This document shows, piece after piece, positions 41,368-51,707 of a stretch of 64,000 nucleotides of DNA (positions within the stretch are counted from its first letter, which is position 1; each line of letters starts with the position of its first letter). This DNA comes from an uncultured Poribacteria bacterium (GTDB taxonomy: Bacteria; Poribacteria; WGA-4E; WGA-3G), in the NCBI GenBank assembly GCA_951813565.1, contig OX638351.1, positions 736,001-800,000 of the forward strand. The letters are read 5' to 3'. The notes under the pieces were generated by a model, which worked only from the letters and a program-made list of their open reading frames with translations, was not told the DNA's origin and did not search any database. The position numbers and the translations under genes are program-made.

Positions 41368-42492
41368 ATGCCATCTTCCCTCTACATCCACATTCCGTTT
41401 TGCGCGACGAAATGCTACTATTGCGCTTTCAATACCTATTCTTTTTACAAAGAGCAAGCGAAAATTTACTTAGACGCGCTCCGAACGGAGATAGAACTTT
41501 ACGCGCCGCAAACCGACCCTTTACGAACAATTTTCATTGGCGGCGGCACCCCTTCCATCCTTTCTGCCAACGCTTTAGAACAGTTGTTTGCCGATATACA
41601 GAAACATTTCCAGATATGTCCTGATGTTGAAATCACAGTAGAATGCAATCCGGGCACCGTTAATGGTGAAAAACTCAGTGTGATGAAAAATGCTGGTGTA
41701 AATAGACTCAGTTTCGGTTTGCAAGCGATGCAGGATGAGACATTACGGCAATTAGGCAGAATTCACACCGTTGATGAATTTCTGCACAGTTATCATTTGG
41801 CACGCGAACACGGCTTTGACATTATCAACATTGACCTCATCTTTGCTCTTCCAAAGCAAACGAAGGAAGCATGGCAGCATACCTTGAGCGAGACAATTGC
41901 ACTTGAACCCGAACATATCTCTACCTATAATCTCGTTATGGAAGAGTCAACACCGTTTTACGAGTGGTGGAAAGCCGGTGAACTTGTCCTCCCTGCTGAA
42001 GATACCGAAGCAGATATGTTCCAATGGACTATTGAAACACTCACCTCGCACGGATATACGCACTATGAAATCTGCAATTTTGCCCGTCCGAACCGTGAGG
42101 TGAAACACAATCTTGTTTATTGGAATAATCAGGAATATGTCGGATTAGGCGTTGGCGCATGCGGGTATGTTGATGGTGTCCGTTATACGAACATCCGAGG
42201 TATCCGACCCTATATTGAAGCACTCCATCAGCACAAAAAACCGATTTCAGAGACTGAACGCCTAATAGGGCATGCTGAAAAAGCAGAGACTCTCATGCTT
42301 GCACTCCGTAAGCGAGAGGGTATCTGTTTAGCGGATTATGAGCGACGTTTCGGTGAAAAACTTGAGGTAGAATTTGGGGAGACTATTCAAAAGTGGATGG
42401 ATTTAGAGTTGTTAGAGCAGAACGGGACATATCTTCGCCTTACTCGGCGCGGACTTTTCTTGGCAAATGAGGTTTTTGTGGAATTGATGTGA
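41368..42492 (+). CDS. hemW: radical SAM heme chaperone HemW (HemN-like)
   Basis: YIHIPFCATKCYYCAF, GGGTPS, YEICNF, HNLVYW. Confidence 0.9.
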   Translation: MPSSLYIHIPFCATKCYYCAFNTYSFYKEQAKIYLDALRTEIELYAPQTDPLRTIFIGGGTPSILSANALEQLFADIQKHFQICPDVEITVECNPGTVNGEKLSVMKNAGVNRLSFGLQAMQDETLRQLGRIHTVDEFLHSYHLAREHGFDIINIDLIFALPKQTKEAWQHTLSETIALEPEHISTYNLVMEESTPFYEWWKAGELVLPAEDTEADMFQWTIETLTSHGYTHYEICNFARPNREVKHNLVYWNNQEYVGLGVGACGYVDGVRYTNIRGIRPYIEALHQHKKPISETERLIGHAEKAETLMLALRKREGICLADYERRFGEKLEVEFGETIQKWMDLELLEQNGTYLRLTRRGLFLANEVFVELM

Positions 42493-42526
42493 GGATTTCC
42501 GCGTTCTTGGTTGTAAGGAAAGAATC

Positions 42527-42862
42527 TCAGCGCTCTTCTTCATAATCAGGGTTCACCCATTTAAGCATATCTGTTGTGTACTCAGGTTCGTCTTCGTCGT
42601 ATGCTCGTGCCAGCATCTGCATAGAGAAACTGTACCAAGTTTCACGTTCCTCCGTCTCTTGTTCTGATTCGTACTTTTCAATCAGCGCCCCAACAACTTC
42701 CATTAATGAAACCAACGGGTGATTTTCGCTTTCCCCGATAAGAGTCTTTAACTCGTCCCGTAGAGTCGAAAGTCTACGGTAATCAGTCTCTGTACGCGGT
42801 ACGAATACAATAGAAGCAAGTTCTGGCCATATCTCTTGAGCAGTTTGTATTTCGGGGACCAT
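42527..42862 (-). CDS. orphan HigA-N-like antitoxin-related protein lacking an HTH
   Basis: PRTETDY...HPLVSLMEVVGALIEKYE followed by an acidic LARAYDEDEPEY tail; RBS AAGGAG. Confidence 0.55.
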   Translation of the reverse strand: MVPEIQTAQEIWPELASIVFVPRTETDYRRLSTLRDELKTLIGESENHPLVSLMEVVGALIEKYESEQETEERETWYSFSMQMLARAYDEDEPEYTTDMLKWVNPDYEEER

Positions 42863-43000
42863 GCTAACTCCTTATTAGAAGGCTAAAATTGTCCAAAACC
42901 CATACACATATTATAACACATATTTGATGAAAACCCATCTGTTTTTGATTTAGGGTATCTAAAAGTTTGTCTGAATCTCGGATTATGGCTTTGGGTGGAA

Positions 43001-43177
43001 TTGTCTGAACAGAGATTTACAAGATTATAGGATTAGCAGGATTATTCTTATGGTATGCAATTATTCTCAAAATCTGTATTCTCTGTATTTATCGGGTTTT
43101 TGTTGTCTGGTTCAAAAACAGTTCTGTTGCCAACATTCTTGGAAATCTTGTAATCCTGAAAATCCCGGTTCAGACAA
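43001..43177. repeat. inverted repeat element TTGTCTGAAC...GTTCAGACAA with internal AGGATT-type short repeats
   Basis: Complementary arms at 43001..43045 and 43140..43177; related half-copies at 42967 and 46723. Confidence 0.6.
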
Positions 43178-43450
43178 AAGGCGAGCACAAAGACTCCGAT
43201 GAATACCACACGTGCATTCGCCGTTGATTCCCTACGCCATTTATCGAATTTACGTCTTATTAGCTAATTTTATGCACCCTTTCGGTTTCAAAATAGTATC
43301 TTATAATAATTAAAAGCATGGCATGTGTTTATCAATAGTCCTGCTAAATCAATGCCAATTCCAAGTGATTCATTAGCGGGAACATTTTACGCTAATGAAG
43401 TGTGAATATAGTATACACCGATCTTATCAAAACGATATTGGAGTGTTTAG

Positions 43451-46400
43451 ATGGTAGATGACGATGTTCTACTCATACGCAAAATATTATTAGGGGACGA
43501 TACTGCATTCAGCACCTTAGTTGAAAAGTATCGAAAAGGTGTTCATGCTTTCGCGTGGCGAAAAATAGGAGATTTCCACCATGCTGAAGAGATTACGCAG
43601 GATGCTTTCATCCAAGTCTATAAAAATCTTTCCACACTCAGGAATCCAAACCAATTTGCTGGATGGTTATACGTAATTGCCAACCGTCTGTGTATCAAAT
43701 GGAAGGAAAAAAGAAAAATAACGACTCAATCATTAGAAGGCACATCAATGTCAGAGATTAACGCATCTTCATACACCAAGTATATATCCGAACAGAGGGA
43801 TAGAGAAGCAACCGAGAAACGACTTGAAATTGTAAACAAACTCCTGAAAAAACTGCCTGAAAGTGAACGGACTGTCATCACACTCTATTATTTAGGCGAA
43901 ATGACTGCCAAAGAGATTGGCAAGTTTTTAGGTGTATCTATTAACACGATTAAGAGCCGACTTCGCCGTGCGCGAGAGCGGTTAAAAGAGGAAGAAGCAA
44001 TGATACGAGAAAACATCAATTGTGTCCAATTTCCGACACAGACAACAGCAAACATTATGAAGGAAATATCGCAACTAAAACCTACCGCACCGTCTGGTAA
44101 CAACCCTTTAGTGCCGATAGGTATATCCGCTGCGTCAGCGTTGATTGTCTTATTGTTGATGGGCGTTGGAATGCAATATCTTGTTCATTTTCAGAAGCCG
44201 TATACTTTAGAAGCAACATCAGAACCAACGATTAAAATTGTTGATGCACAACTTGTCCTTGAGTCTCCCGTAGAAACAGCAGTGCGAAATCAGGTTGGAC
44301 GGTCAGATGCTATCGGTAGAAACAGTGGGAAAGGACAACAACCAGATACTCCCCTATTCGCTGCAGCACAAGCAGATGATAGAGTGAAATCAGATGCGAA
44401 ATCAGAATGGACTCAAACGAAAGGTCCAGAAGGCGGTGCAATCGGGACTTTATTCACAACCACAAGAGGTGACGTGTATGCCGGCACACTAAACGGACTC
44501 TACAGATTTTCTGATGATGAACAAGCGTGGACACTCATAAACACAATCAAAGGTCCGCCATTGCCACTATATGATGGCGGATGGTGGTGGCCCGTTGCAG
44601 AGAGTCAGAGTGCCGATATACTCTACCTTGCCACCGATATAGCGATATTAGAATCATTTGATAGGGGTGAAACATGGGAGACACTTTGTAAAGGTACAAA
44701 TATAAATAGAGATACGGACGTGTATGCAGTGCATCCTGTTGGCTTAGTCATAGCAGACAATGCTGTAGATATAACAATCTATCTCGCTTATAGAAATGGT
44801 GTTTTCCGAACAGACGATGTTGGTAAAACATGGACACCTTTGCTCGCAGGTTTGGAAAACACGAAAATCCGAACAATTGCTGCTATTCAAGACACAGTTT
44901 TCGCTGGCACTTACAAAGGGTTATACCGCCTCAATAACAATGTATGGGAACAAGTGTTGATTGATCCGGAGAATGTGCAAAACAAAACACTTTACATCGC
45001 AGCGTTAGTAGTCTCAGAAAACAATCTGTATGTAGCGGCAAAGCAGGTTGAAAAAAGTCGCTCTACTGGGATTGGGATAGATATAGCATTAGATACGTTG
45101 GATATAAATTTAGAATTAGCCCCGTTCAAACAAAAACAGACCACATGGTCCCTTTATCACACAAACGACATGGGGGATTCATGGCATGTTATAACGCCGA
45201 AACTGGATACCGCAGACAATAAAGACAACTATATACGTGATCATTTGTCGGCATTATATAGGACAGTCGTCATTGAGAGTCCATCTATCCACTTAGCAGC
45301 ATCTGGAGAAAAGATCATGGTGGTTGTTGGGAAGTATCATTTCTACTCAATTAATGGCGGTAAGACATGGACACATTTAGATGATATAAGCAATGCGGAT
45401 CATGTGTCAGGGGTCGTCCTATTGAATGACAACACCGTCTATAGAAGCGGATTATCCGGGATTCATCGCACAACTGATTGCGGTGCATCGTGGCATAAAT
45501 CGGATACAGGGATCATCAATACATTTATCCACCAGCTGATTTACATGAACAACACACTCTACGCGAACATAGGTCCACTCAGGGTATTAAGTTCCACTGA
45601 CAGTGGAGATTCGTGGACACCGGTTGCTGGAGACACACATAAATACGCATCTTTAGTCGAATATGATGGCGCGCTATATGCCACAAACGAATCATATTCC
45701 GCTCTTAGAGTTTTCAGATTTTCACACGATGAGAATAGGTTCATTGAAATCCCTGACGTGCCAGTAATTGGAGAAAAGAAGCCACCGAACCCCAATAAAG
45801 TTGTGGTGGAAACAGTTACATTTGGTGAAGAAGAAAAACGCCCCATTGACAGACCTTTAAATCCAGATGATTTAGCTGACATTAACCCCAGAAACAAAGG
45901 TCTGACTTCAACGGATCACAACATTGATATTAATGTTTTCCATGTATTACCTTTCGGAAGTTTTGCGGCGAGTCGGACAGCCTACTATGTGGAATACGAA
46001 CACAAACTCTTCAGATGGAAACCCGATACCACAGAATGGTATGACACCGGACTGGTAGATACAGGCCAAATTGATACTAATTTTGAAAACCCAGGAAACA
46101 ATGGTTTTGTTAATAATTTCAAACTTGCAGTTTCAAAAAACACCGTTTACGTAGGAATGCGAGACGGGCGGCTCATGCGATCCTTTGATGAAGGGGACAC
46201 TTGGAAACATGCAGCCGCAGATCTTCCATTTCATGTTGAAAATTACAAGCAAATCATTTTTGTAGGACAAACCGTCTATGTCGCGACCGATAGGGGTGTT
46301 GCGCTATCCATCAATGGCACTGATTGGCAAGCCATCATGGACACGCAAGGTGAAATTCTTGTCGTGGATATGTTTGCGGTTGATAGATCGAAGGTTTACG

Positions 46401-46579
46401 GTCTGTCCGGACAAAAGGTGTATTTATTATCCGAGCATTCTGGGACATGGCAGCAGGTTACACCTGAAATTACACATTCTATTTCCACTTTTGAGGTGGA
46501 TGGGGATACGGTATACGTTGGGACACAAGGGAAGGGCGTGTTCCGATTTACACTTGATGATTCGGGGAACGGTAAGTAG
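43451..46579 (+). CDS. ECF sigma-70 factor fused via a TM helix to a large BNR/Asp-box beta-propeller region
   Basis: Sigma2 (AEEITQDAF, FAGWLYVIA), sigma4 (LPESERTVITLYY...IKSRLRRAR), TM, repeated SxDxGxTW. Confidence 0.9.
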   Translation: MVDDDVLLIRKILLGDDTAFSTLVEKYRKGVHAFAWRKIGDFHHAEEITQDAFIQVYKNLSTLRNPNQFAGWLYVIANRLCIKWKEKRKITTQSLEGTSMSEINASSYTKYISEQRDREATEKRLEIVNKLLKKLPESERTVITLYYLGEMTAKEIGKFLGVSINTIKSRLRRARERLKEEEAMIRENINCVQFPTQTTANIMKEISQLKPTAPSGNNPLVPIGISAASALIVLLLMGVGMQYLVHFQKPYTLEATSEPTIKIVDAQLVLESPVETAVRNQVGRSDAIGRNSGKGQQPDTPLFAAAQADDRVKSDAKSEWTQTKGPEGGAIGTLFTTTRGDVYAGTLNGLYRFSDDEQAWTLINTIKGPPLPLYDGGWWWPVAESQSADILYLATDIAILESFDRGETWETLCKGTNINRDTDVYAVHPVGLVIADNAVDITIYLAYRNGVFRTDDVGKTWTPLLAGLENTKIRTIAAIQDTVFAGTYKGLYRLNNNVWEQVLIDPENVQNKTLYIAALVVSENNLYVAAKQVEKSRSTGIGIDIALDTLDINLELAPFKQKQTTWSLYHTNDMGDSWHVITPKLDTADNKDNYIRDHLSALYRTVVIESPSIHLAASGEKIMVVVGKYHFYSINGGKTWTHLDDISNADHVSGVVLLNDNTVYRSGLSGIHRTTDCGASWHKSDTGIINTFIHQLIYMNNTLYANIGPLRVLSSTDSGDSWTPVAGDTHKYASLVEYDGALYATNESYSALRVFRFSHDENRFIEIPDVPVIGEKKPPNPNKVVVETVTFGEEEKRPIDRPLNPDDLADINPRNKGLTSTDHNIDINVFHVLPFGSFAASRTAYYVEYEHKLFRWKPDTTEWYDTGLVDTGQIDTNFENPGNNGFVNNFKLAVSKNTVYVGMRDGRLMRSFDEGDTWKHAAADLPFHVENYKQIIFVGQTVYVATDRGVALSINGTDWQAIMDTQGEILVVDMFAVDRSKVYGLSGQKVYLLSEHSGTWQQVTPEITHSISTFEVDGDTVYVGTQGKGVFRFTLDDSGNGK

Positions 46580-46783
46580 ACCGTATCTCATGAATCATCT
46601 GTAGGGCGGGGTCTCTGTGCCCCCCTGTGTAAGACACATGCCAAGCAACGGGCGGGCACCAAATCAAGAAATCAACGCTACAAATGCCTTTAAGGATTTG
46701 CAGCGTTGATTTCTTGATTTGGTCTAATCCGAGATTCAGATTTCACCCTTGACACAACTCTTAATTTCTGCGAAAATAACCCC

Positions 46784-47296
46784 ATGCCACGCAAAAACAA
46801 GATTCTCAATATCGGCGATACAGCGCCCTCATTTTCACTGCCATCACATCGGCGGCAAACTGTTTCACTTGCGTCTTACCGCGACGAACAACACGTGATT
46901 TTGACATTTTTTAGAGGGACATGGTGACCAAACAGCCGCCGCCAGTTGGCTGCATTACAAGAACATGCGAATGATTATGCAGAACATAACGCTACACTGA
47001 TCGCTATTGCGGGACAGTGGCCTCGTGAATTACGTGGTTTTGCCGAGCGGAACGGAATTACGTACCCACTATTGGTTGACAAAGATCGGAGCGTTATCAA
47101 GAGTTATGGCGTCTACCACTGGCTCAGTTTTGAGGCTTACAACATCGCCAGACCAGCCACCTTTCTCATTGACAAACTCGGGACAATTCGGTATATGTAT
47201 ATTGGGTCGCATCAATTCGATTTGGTGGATCATGCTGAGGTGCTTGAATGCTTGAAATCAATAGATAGTGGCAAAAATGATTTTGAATTGCAGTGA
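46784..47296 (+). CDS. AhpC/TSA (peroxiredoxin-like) probable selenoprotein, Sec at codon 48 (TGA 46925..46927)
   Basis: MPRKNKILNIGDTAPSFSLP...VILTFFRGTW-TGA-PNSRRQL is in frame with the downstream ORF containing ARPATFLIDKLGTIRY; the TGA sits at the catalytic Cys position. Confidence 0.85.
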
Positions 47297-47478
47297 AAAT
47301 ATGGTATACTAATGTATGCTTAGCATTGTAGCAGATGTATCAGGTTTCGTTAAAGTCATGTAAGAGAAAGCAGAAGCACATCCTTTGGGAACAGTAAGGT
47401 CTTCATGGGTTTCATAAGTCTGGTATTTCTTGAGATATACATTACACCGAAATATTGCCTCTGTTTAATGGAATAACC

Positions 47479-47976
47479 ATGAAGAAACTTATATTCTCTT
47501 TCTCAGGGCGAATTAATCGTAAAACGTTTTGGTTATGTTCAATTTTGTGGTTAATCTGCTTTCTCTTTTATATAACATTTATCGCGTTTCTTTATGGTGC
47601 GGGATACATATCTGTGTTTTTTTATAACGTCTTATTTATATGGGGAATGTTAACAAATGCGCCATTTTGTATTAAACGATACCAAGATAGAGGTAAACCC
47701 GCAGGGAAGCTGCTAAAATGGTCAATTATTTGGGGGTCTGTTGCTTATATCGCAAATTTTTCAGGTAAAATTGCAAAGCAAACGGAACAGTTCCAAATTA
47801 CTGGTGAATATAATCTTGAACCAGTGAATCCTTATGATGATCCTTTAGGAACTTTTGCGGGAATATTTTTTTTAGGTGTCTTTGTTTTTATCATAATTGC
47901 TTGTGGATGTCGTAAAGGAATGGATGGACCAAATCAATACGGTGAAAGGCCTAATTTCTTTTCAGTGAGTAATTAA
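47479..47976 (+). CDS. DUF805-like membrane protein
   Basis: FSFSGRINRKTFW, IKRYQDRG, GPNQYG. Confidence 0.8.
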   Translation: MKKLIFSFSGRINRKTFWLCSILWLICFLFYITFIAFLYGAGYISVFFYNVLFIWGMLTNAPFCIKRYQDRGKPAGKLLKWSIIWGSVAYIANFSGKIAKQTEQFQITGEYNLEPVNPYDDPLGTFAGIFFLGVFVFIIIACGCRKGMDGPNQYGERPNFFSVSN

Positions 47977-48114
47977 ATAACCAGGACCTACGCACAAGCG
48001 GTAGGCGCTGAATCGTGGCAAGTCATTGGACTTGCCACGATTCAGCGTGTTCAGTTGAATTTAGGTAATGAACAAACTACTTAATGAACAAACTACTTAT
48101 AGAGAACTTACGTA

Positions 48115-48553
48115 ACGTGAGTTTGATAATTAGATTGAATATAGATGTAGGTTGGGTAGAGCGAAGCGAAACCCAAATCAACGGTATGAATGCCTGTTGG
48201 CATTCCCCGGGTGTCAATTTAAGAACAAATGGTTGAATTATCTCTTGTGGGAGGGGTTTGTAACCCCGATTTTTAAGATTCAAGCAGTTAAATCCAAATC
48301 AACGCCAAATGCGCGTATGGCATTTGGCGGGGTTGAAAACCCCTCCCACAAGAAGATGAATCCTTAAGTTTACACCTATGGGTAGAGCGAAGCGAAACCT
48401 AACAATTCAACCGTCTTGAGAGTAATAAAGAGTTAGGTTTCACTTATTTTTTCGGAAATATCGACCCCAAATAGGTCAACAACCTCTCTTTAGGGTCTGT
48501 TTCTATTGTAGATTTCCGTTCTACCCAACCTACGGGATTTATCAAACTCACGT
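48115..48553. mobile_element. composite IS982-like MITE (TSD TACGTA) with nested IS231-like MITE (48174..48380), REPs and two AATCAAC modules
   Basis: Perfect IR ACGTGAGTTTGATAA; TACGTA at 48109..48114 and 48554..48559; 19-bp duplication GGTAGAGCGAAGCGAAACC. Confidence 0.8.
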
Positions 48554-48712
48554 TACGTAAAATAAGGGGACCATCGTTGGTCTAAATGCCCCAGTAGAAA
48601 CATTATCAATTTGAGGATAGTGAGGTCTATAGTTTTATTCGGAACACAATGATACAACAAACCAAAGGCTAAACAACGGTTTTCGATTAGAAACAGATTT
48701 CAGTTTATTACG

Positions 48713-49816
48713 ATGGATGAAGGGCATGTAGCGTTTATGCAACGCGCATTAACTTTGGCAGAACAAGGAAGGGGACGCACGAGTCCGAATCCGCTTGTCG
48801 GTGCGGTGATTGTTAATGCTGGAAAAATCATTGGTGAAGGATATCACCAGAAAGCGGGTGGACCGCACGCGGAAATTCACGCATTGCACGCAGCTGGAGA
48901 GGAAGCAAAAGGTGGAACACTCTATGTAAATCTTGAACCTTGTTGTCATTGGGGACGAACACCACCTTGCACTGATGCACTCATCCAAGCGGGAATCACA
49001 CATGTTTATGCCGCACATTTGGACCCAAATCCGAAGGTTGCAGGAAAAGGCATCCAACAGTTAGAGGAAGCAGATATAACAGTTAACGTAGGTGTGTGTG
49101 CAGAAGCAGCGGAAAAACTGAATGAAATCTACATAAAACATGTGCGAACGGGTTACCCGTTTGTGATACTGAAAATGGCGATGAGTTTGGACGGGAAAAT
49201 CGCAACGTCCACCGGTGAATCGCAATGGATTACATCTTCAGCATCACGGCAAAAAGCGCATAAAATACGGGATGAGGTAGACGCCATTCTGGTCGGAATT
49301 GGGACAATTACAAGCGATAATCCTGCTCTAACGACAAGACTACCGAACAAACAGGGGAAAGACGCAACGCGGATTGTTTTAGATTCACACGGACGAACAC
49401 CTACATCAGCAAAGATATTCAATTCGTTGAGTGAGGCAGGTGTTATTATTGCTGTTACACCACAAGCATCTGCCAAAAACATTGCTACTTTAGAAAAGGC
49501 GGGTGCTGAAGTCATAACCACATCTGTGAAAGGTGGACGGGTCTGTTTTAAAACGTTGATGAAGACATTAGGTGCACGCGGCATAACAAGTGTATTGGTA
49601 GAGGGTGGTGGTAAAGTCAACGCAAGTGCATTAGCGTCAGGTGTTGTGGATAAGGCAATATGTTTTGTGGCACCTAAATTCATCGGAGGCAAAGAAGCAC
49701 CAGGTGTCCTTGATGGTGAAGGCATTAAACGTTTGGCAGATGCACCGGAATTAGAACGAGTCACTATCACCCAATTTGACTGTGATCTATTGATTGAGGG
49801 GTATTTCGTTAAATAA
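48713..49816 (+). CDS. ribD: bifunctional riboflavin deaminase/reductase
   Basis: PHAE, LEPCCHWGRTPPC, SLDGKIA, VEGGG. Confidence 0.97.
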   Translation: MDEGHVAFMQRALTLAEQGRGRTSPNPLVGAVIVNAGKIIGEGYHQKAGGPHAEIHALHAAGEEAKGGTLYVNLEPCCHWGRTPPCTDALIQAGITHVYAAHLDPNPKVAGKGIQQLEEADITVNVGVCAEAAEKLNEIYIKHVRTGYPFVILKMAMSLDGKIATSTGESQWITSSASRQKAHKIRDEVDAILVGIGTITSDNPALTTRLPNKQGKDATRIVLDSHGRTPTSAKIFNSLSEAGVIIAVTPQASAKNIATLEKAGAEVITTSVKGGRVCFKTLMKTLGARGITSVLVEGGGKVNASALASGVVDKAICFVAPKFIGGKEAPGVLDGEGIKRLADAPELERVTITQFDCDLLIEGYFVK

Positions 49817-50460
49817 TGTTTACCGGTATTATTGAAGAAATTGGCACAATTACCGAAGTACAGCCACAATCCAACGGTATAACTGTCAAAATTAAGGCAG
49901 AAACGGTGTTGGAAGATGCCAAAGTAGGTGATAGTATCGCTGTTGACGGCCCGTGCTTAACAGTGCGCGATCTTGAACAAGAAGCATTCGTAGCTGATAT
50001 CAGCGAAGAGACCCTCCGCAGAACAACTTTACGTTCATGTAAAGTCGGTACACGTGTCAATCTGGAACGTTCGCTTCGGTTAGGTGATCGTATTGGTGGG
50101 CATTTGGTATTAGGTCATGTTGATGAAATTGCGACCATCAGCGGATGGAAAAACGAAGGCAGCTCTTCAATCATGCAGGTAACAGTAAGTCCAAAAGTAA
50201 AACCCTACATCGCCTATAAAGGTTCTATCGCTGTTGATGGCGTAAGTTTAACTATCGCGAACGTGTCCGATAATAAATTTGAGGTGGCACTCATTCCTCA
50301 TACTTTGCAAGTTACAGCCCTTAGCGGAAAACGAAACGGCGATATCGTGAACATTGAAGTTGATGTGATGGCGCGTTATATTGAAACCCTGATGCAAAAC
50401 CAGGTCCCGCCATCGCAGACACTTGATTTAGAATTTTTACAAAAACATGGATATGGTTAA
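49816..50460 (+). CDS. ribE: riboflavin synthase alpha chain
   Basis: MFTGIIEEIG, GDSIAVDG, VNLER. Confidence 0.97.
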   Translation: MFTGIIEEIGTITEVQPQSNGITVKIKAETVLEDAKVGDSIAVDGPCLTVRDLEQEAFVADISEETLRRTTLRSCKVGTRVNLERSLRLGDRIGGHLVLGHVDEIATISGWKNEGSSSIMQVTVSPKVKPYIAYKGSIAVDGVSLTIANVSDNKFEVALIPHTLQVTALSGKRNGDIVNIEVDVMARYIETLMQNQVPPSQTLDLEFLQKHGYG

Positions 50461-50483
50461 GGAACTGAAACCCAAAATACATC

Positions 50484-51701
50484 ATGAAATTTAGTACCAT
50501 TCCCGAAGCCCTCTCTGCTATTAAAGCTGGTGAGATGATTATTGTTGTTGACGAACCTGACCGCGAAAATGAAGGCGACCTCATTATGGCGGCGGAAAAG
50601 GTAACAGCAGAATCCATCAACTTTATGGCAAAGCACGGGCGCGGATTGATTTGCCTTCCCACCTGTTCCGAACGTCTCGCTGAACTCCAACTAAATCCGA
50701 TGGTCTCGGATAACACCGCACAGATGCAGACTGCGTTTACTGTGACGATTGACGCGAAGGAAGTCACCACTGGAATTTCTGCCCAAGAAAGAGCCTACAC
50801 TATTCGGAAATTTGTTGATGAAAACGCTGTTCCATCAGATTTTGTGAGACCAGGACATATCTTTCCATTAGAAGCTAAACCGGGAGGCGTGCTACGCCGC
50901 GCAGGACACACGGAAGCAACGGTTGATTTGGCACAACTCGCAGGATTATACCCAGCAGGTGTTTTATGTGAAGTCCTCAACGATGATGGCACGATGGCAC
51001 GTGTCCCTGAACTATTTGAATTTGCACAACACCACGACCTCAAAATTATCACTATTTCTGACCTTATCGCATATCGCCGCCGCACCGAAACCCTGATAAA
51101 ACGGATTTCAACAGCGGAAATTCCGACTGTTCACGGAGAATTCAAACTTCATGCTTATGAAAGCAACGTTGATGGGTCGCCAACACCGGGTGAGCCAACT
51201 GATACACACGTTGCGTTAACTAAAGGACAAATTGTGGATGGAGGTCCTATATTAGTTCGGGTGCATTCGCAATGTTTAACAGGCGATGTTTTCGGTTCAC
51301 TCCGTTGTGATTGTGGTGAACAACTCCAAATAGCGCTTCAAAACATTGAGAAAGAGGGTAGAGGCGTGCTGCTGTATATGCGTCAGGAAGGTAGAGGCAT
51401 GGGACTCAAAGACAAAATTCGCGCGTATCACCTCCAAGACAATGAAGGTTTAGACACTGTTGAAGCGAACGAACGCCTCGGATTTCCGCCAGATTTACGC
51501 GATTACGGTATAGGTGCGCAAATACTTGTTGATTTAGGCGTTGAAAAGATGCGGCTTATGACGAATAACCCTCACAAAGTCAAAGGGTTATCAGGTTATG
51601 GGTTGGAAATCGTTGAACAAATTCCCTTGCAGACGACCCCGAATCCATATAACAAGCGTTATCTACAGACAAAACGAACAAAATTGGGACATCTCCTCTA
51701 A
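50484..51701 (+). CDS. ribBA: DHBP synthase / GTP cyclohydrolase II
   Basis: [34 protein letters not shown]. Confidence 0.97.
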   Translation: MKFSTIPEALSAIKAGEMIIVVDEPDRENEGDLIMAAEKVTAESINFMAKHGRGLICLPTCSERLAELQLNPMVSDNTAQMQTAFTVTIDAKEVTTGISAQERAYTIRKFVDENAVPSDFVRPGHIFPLEAKPGGVLRRAGHTEATVDLAQLAGLYPAGVLCEVLNDDGTMARVPELFEFAQHHDLKIITISDLIAYRRRTETLIKRISTAEIPTVHGEFKLHAYESNVDGSPTPGEPTDTHVALTKGQIVDGGPILVRVHSQCLTGDVFGSLRCDCGEQLQIALQNIEKEGRGVLLYMRQEGRGMGLKDKIRAYHLQDNEGLDTVEANERLGFPPDLRDYGIGAQILVDLGVEKMRLMTNNPHKVKGLSGYGLEIVEQIPLQTTPNPYNKRYLQTKRTKLGHLL

Positions 51702-51707
51702 AATATA

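Noticed and set aside
43340..43358. sigma54 -24/-12-like motif TTGGCATTGATTTAGCA on the minus strand
   Set aside because: Imperfect -12 element and about 480 bp from the nearest minus-strand gene; could be chance.
48560..48712. FMN riboswitch upstream of ribD
   Set aside because: No RFN conserved motifs are recognisable.
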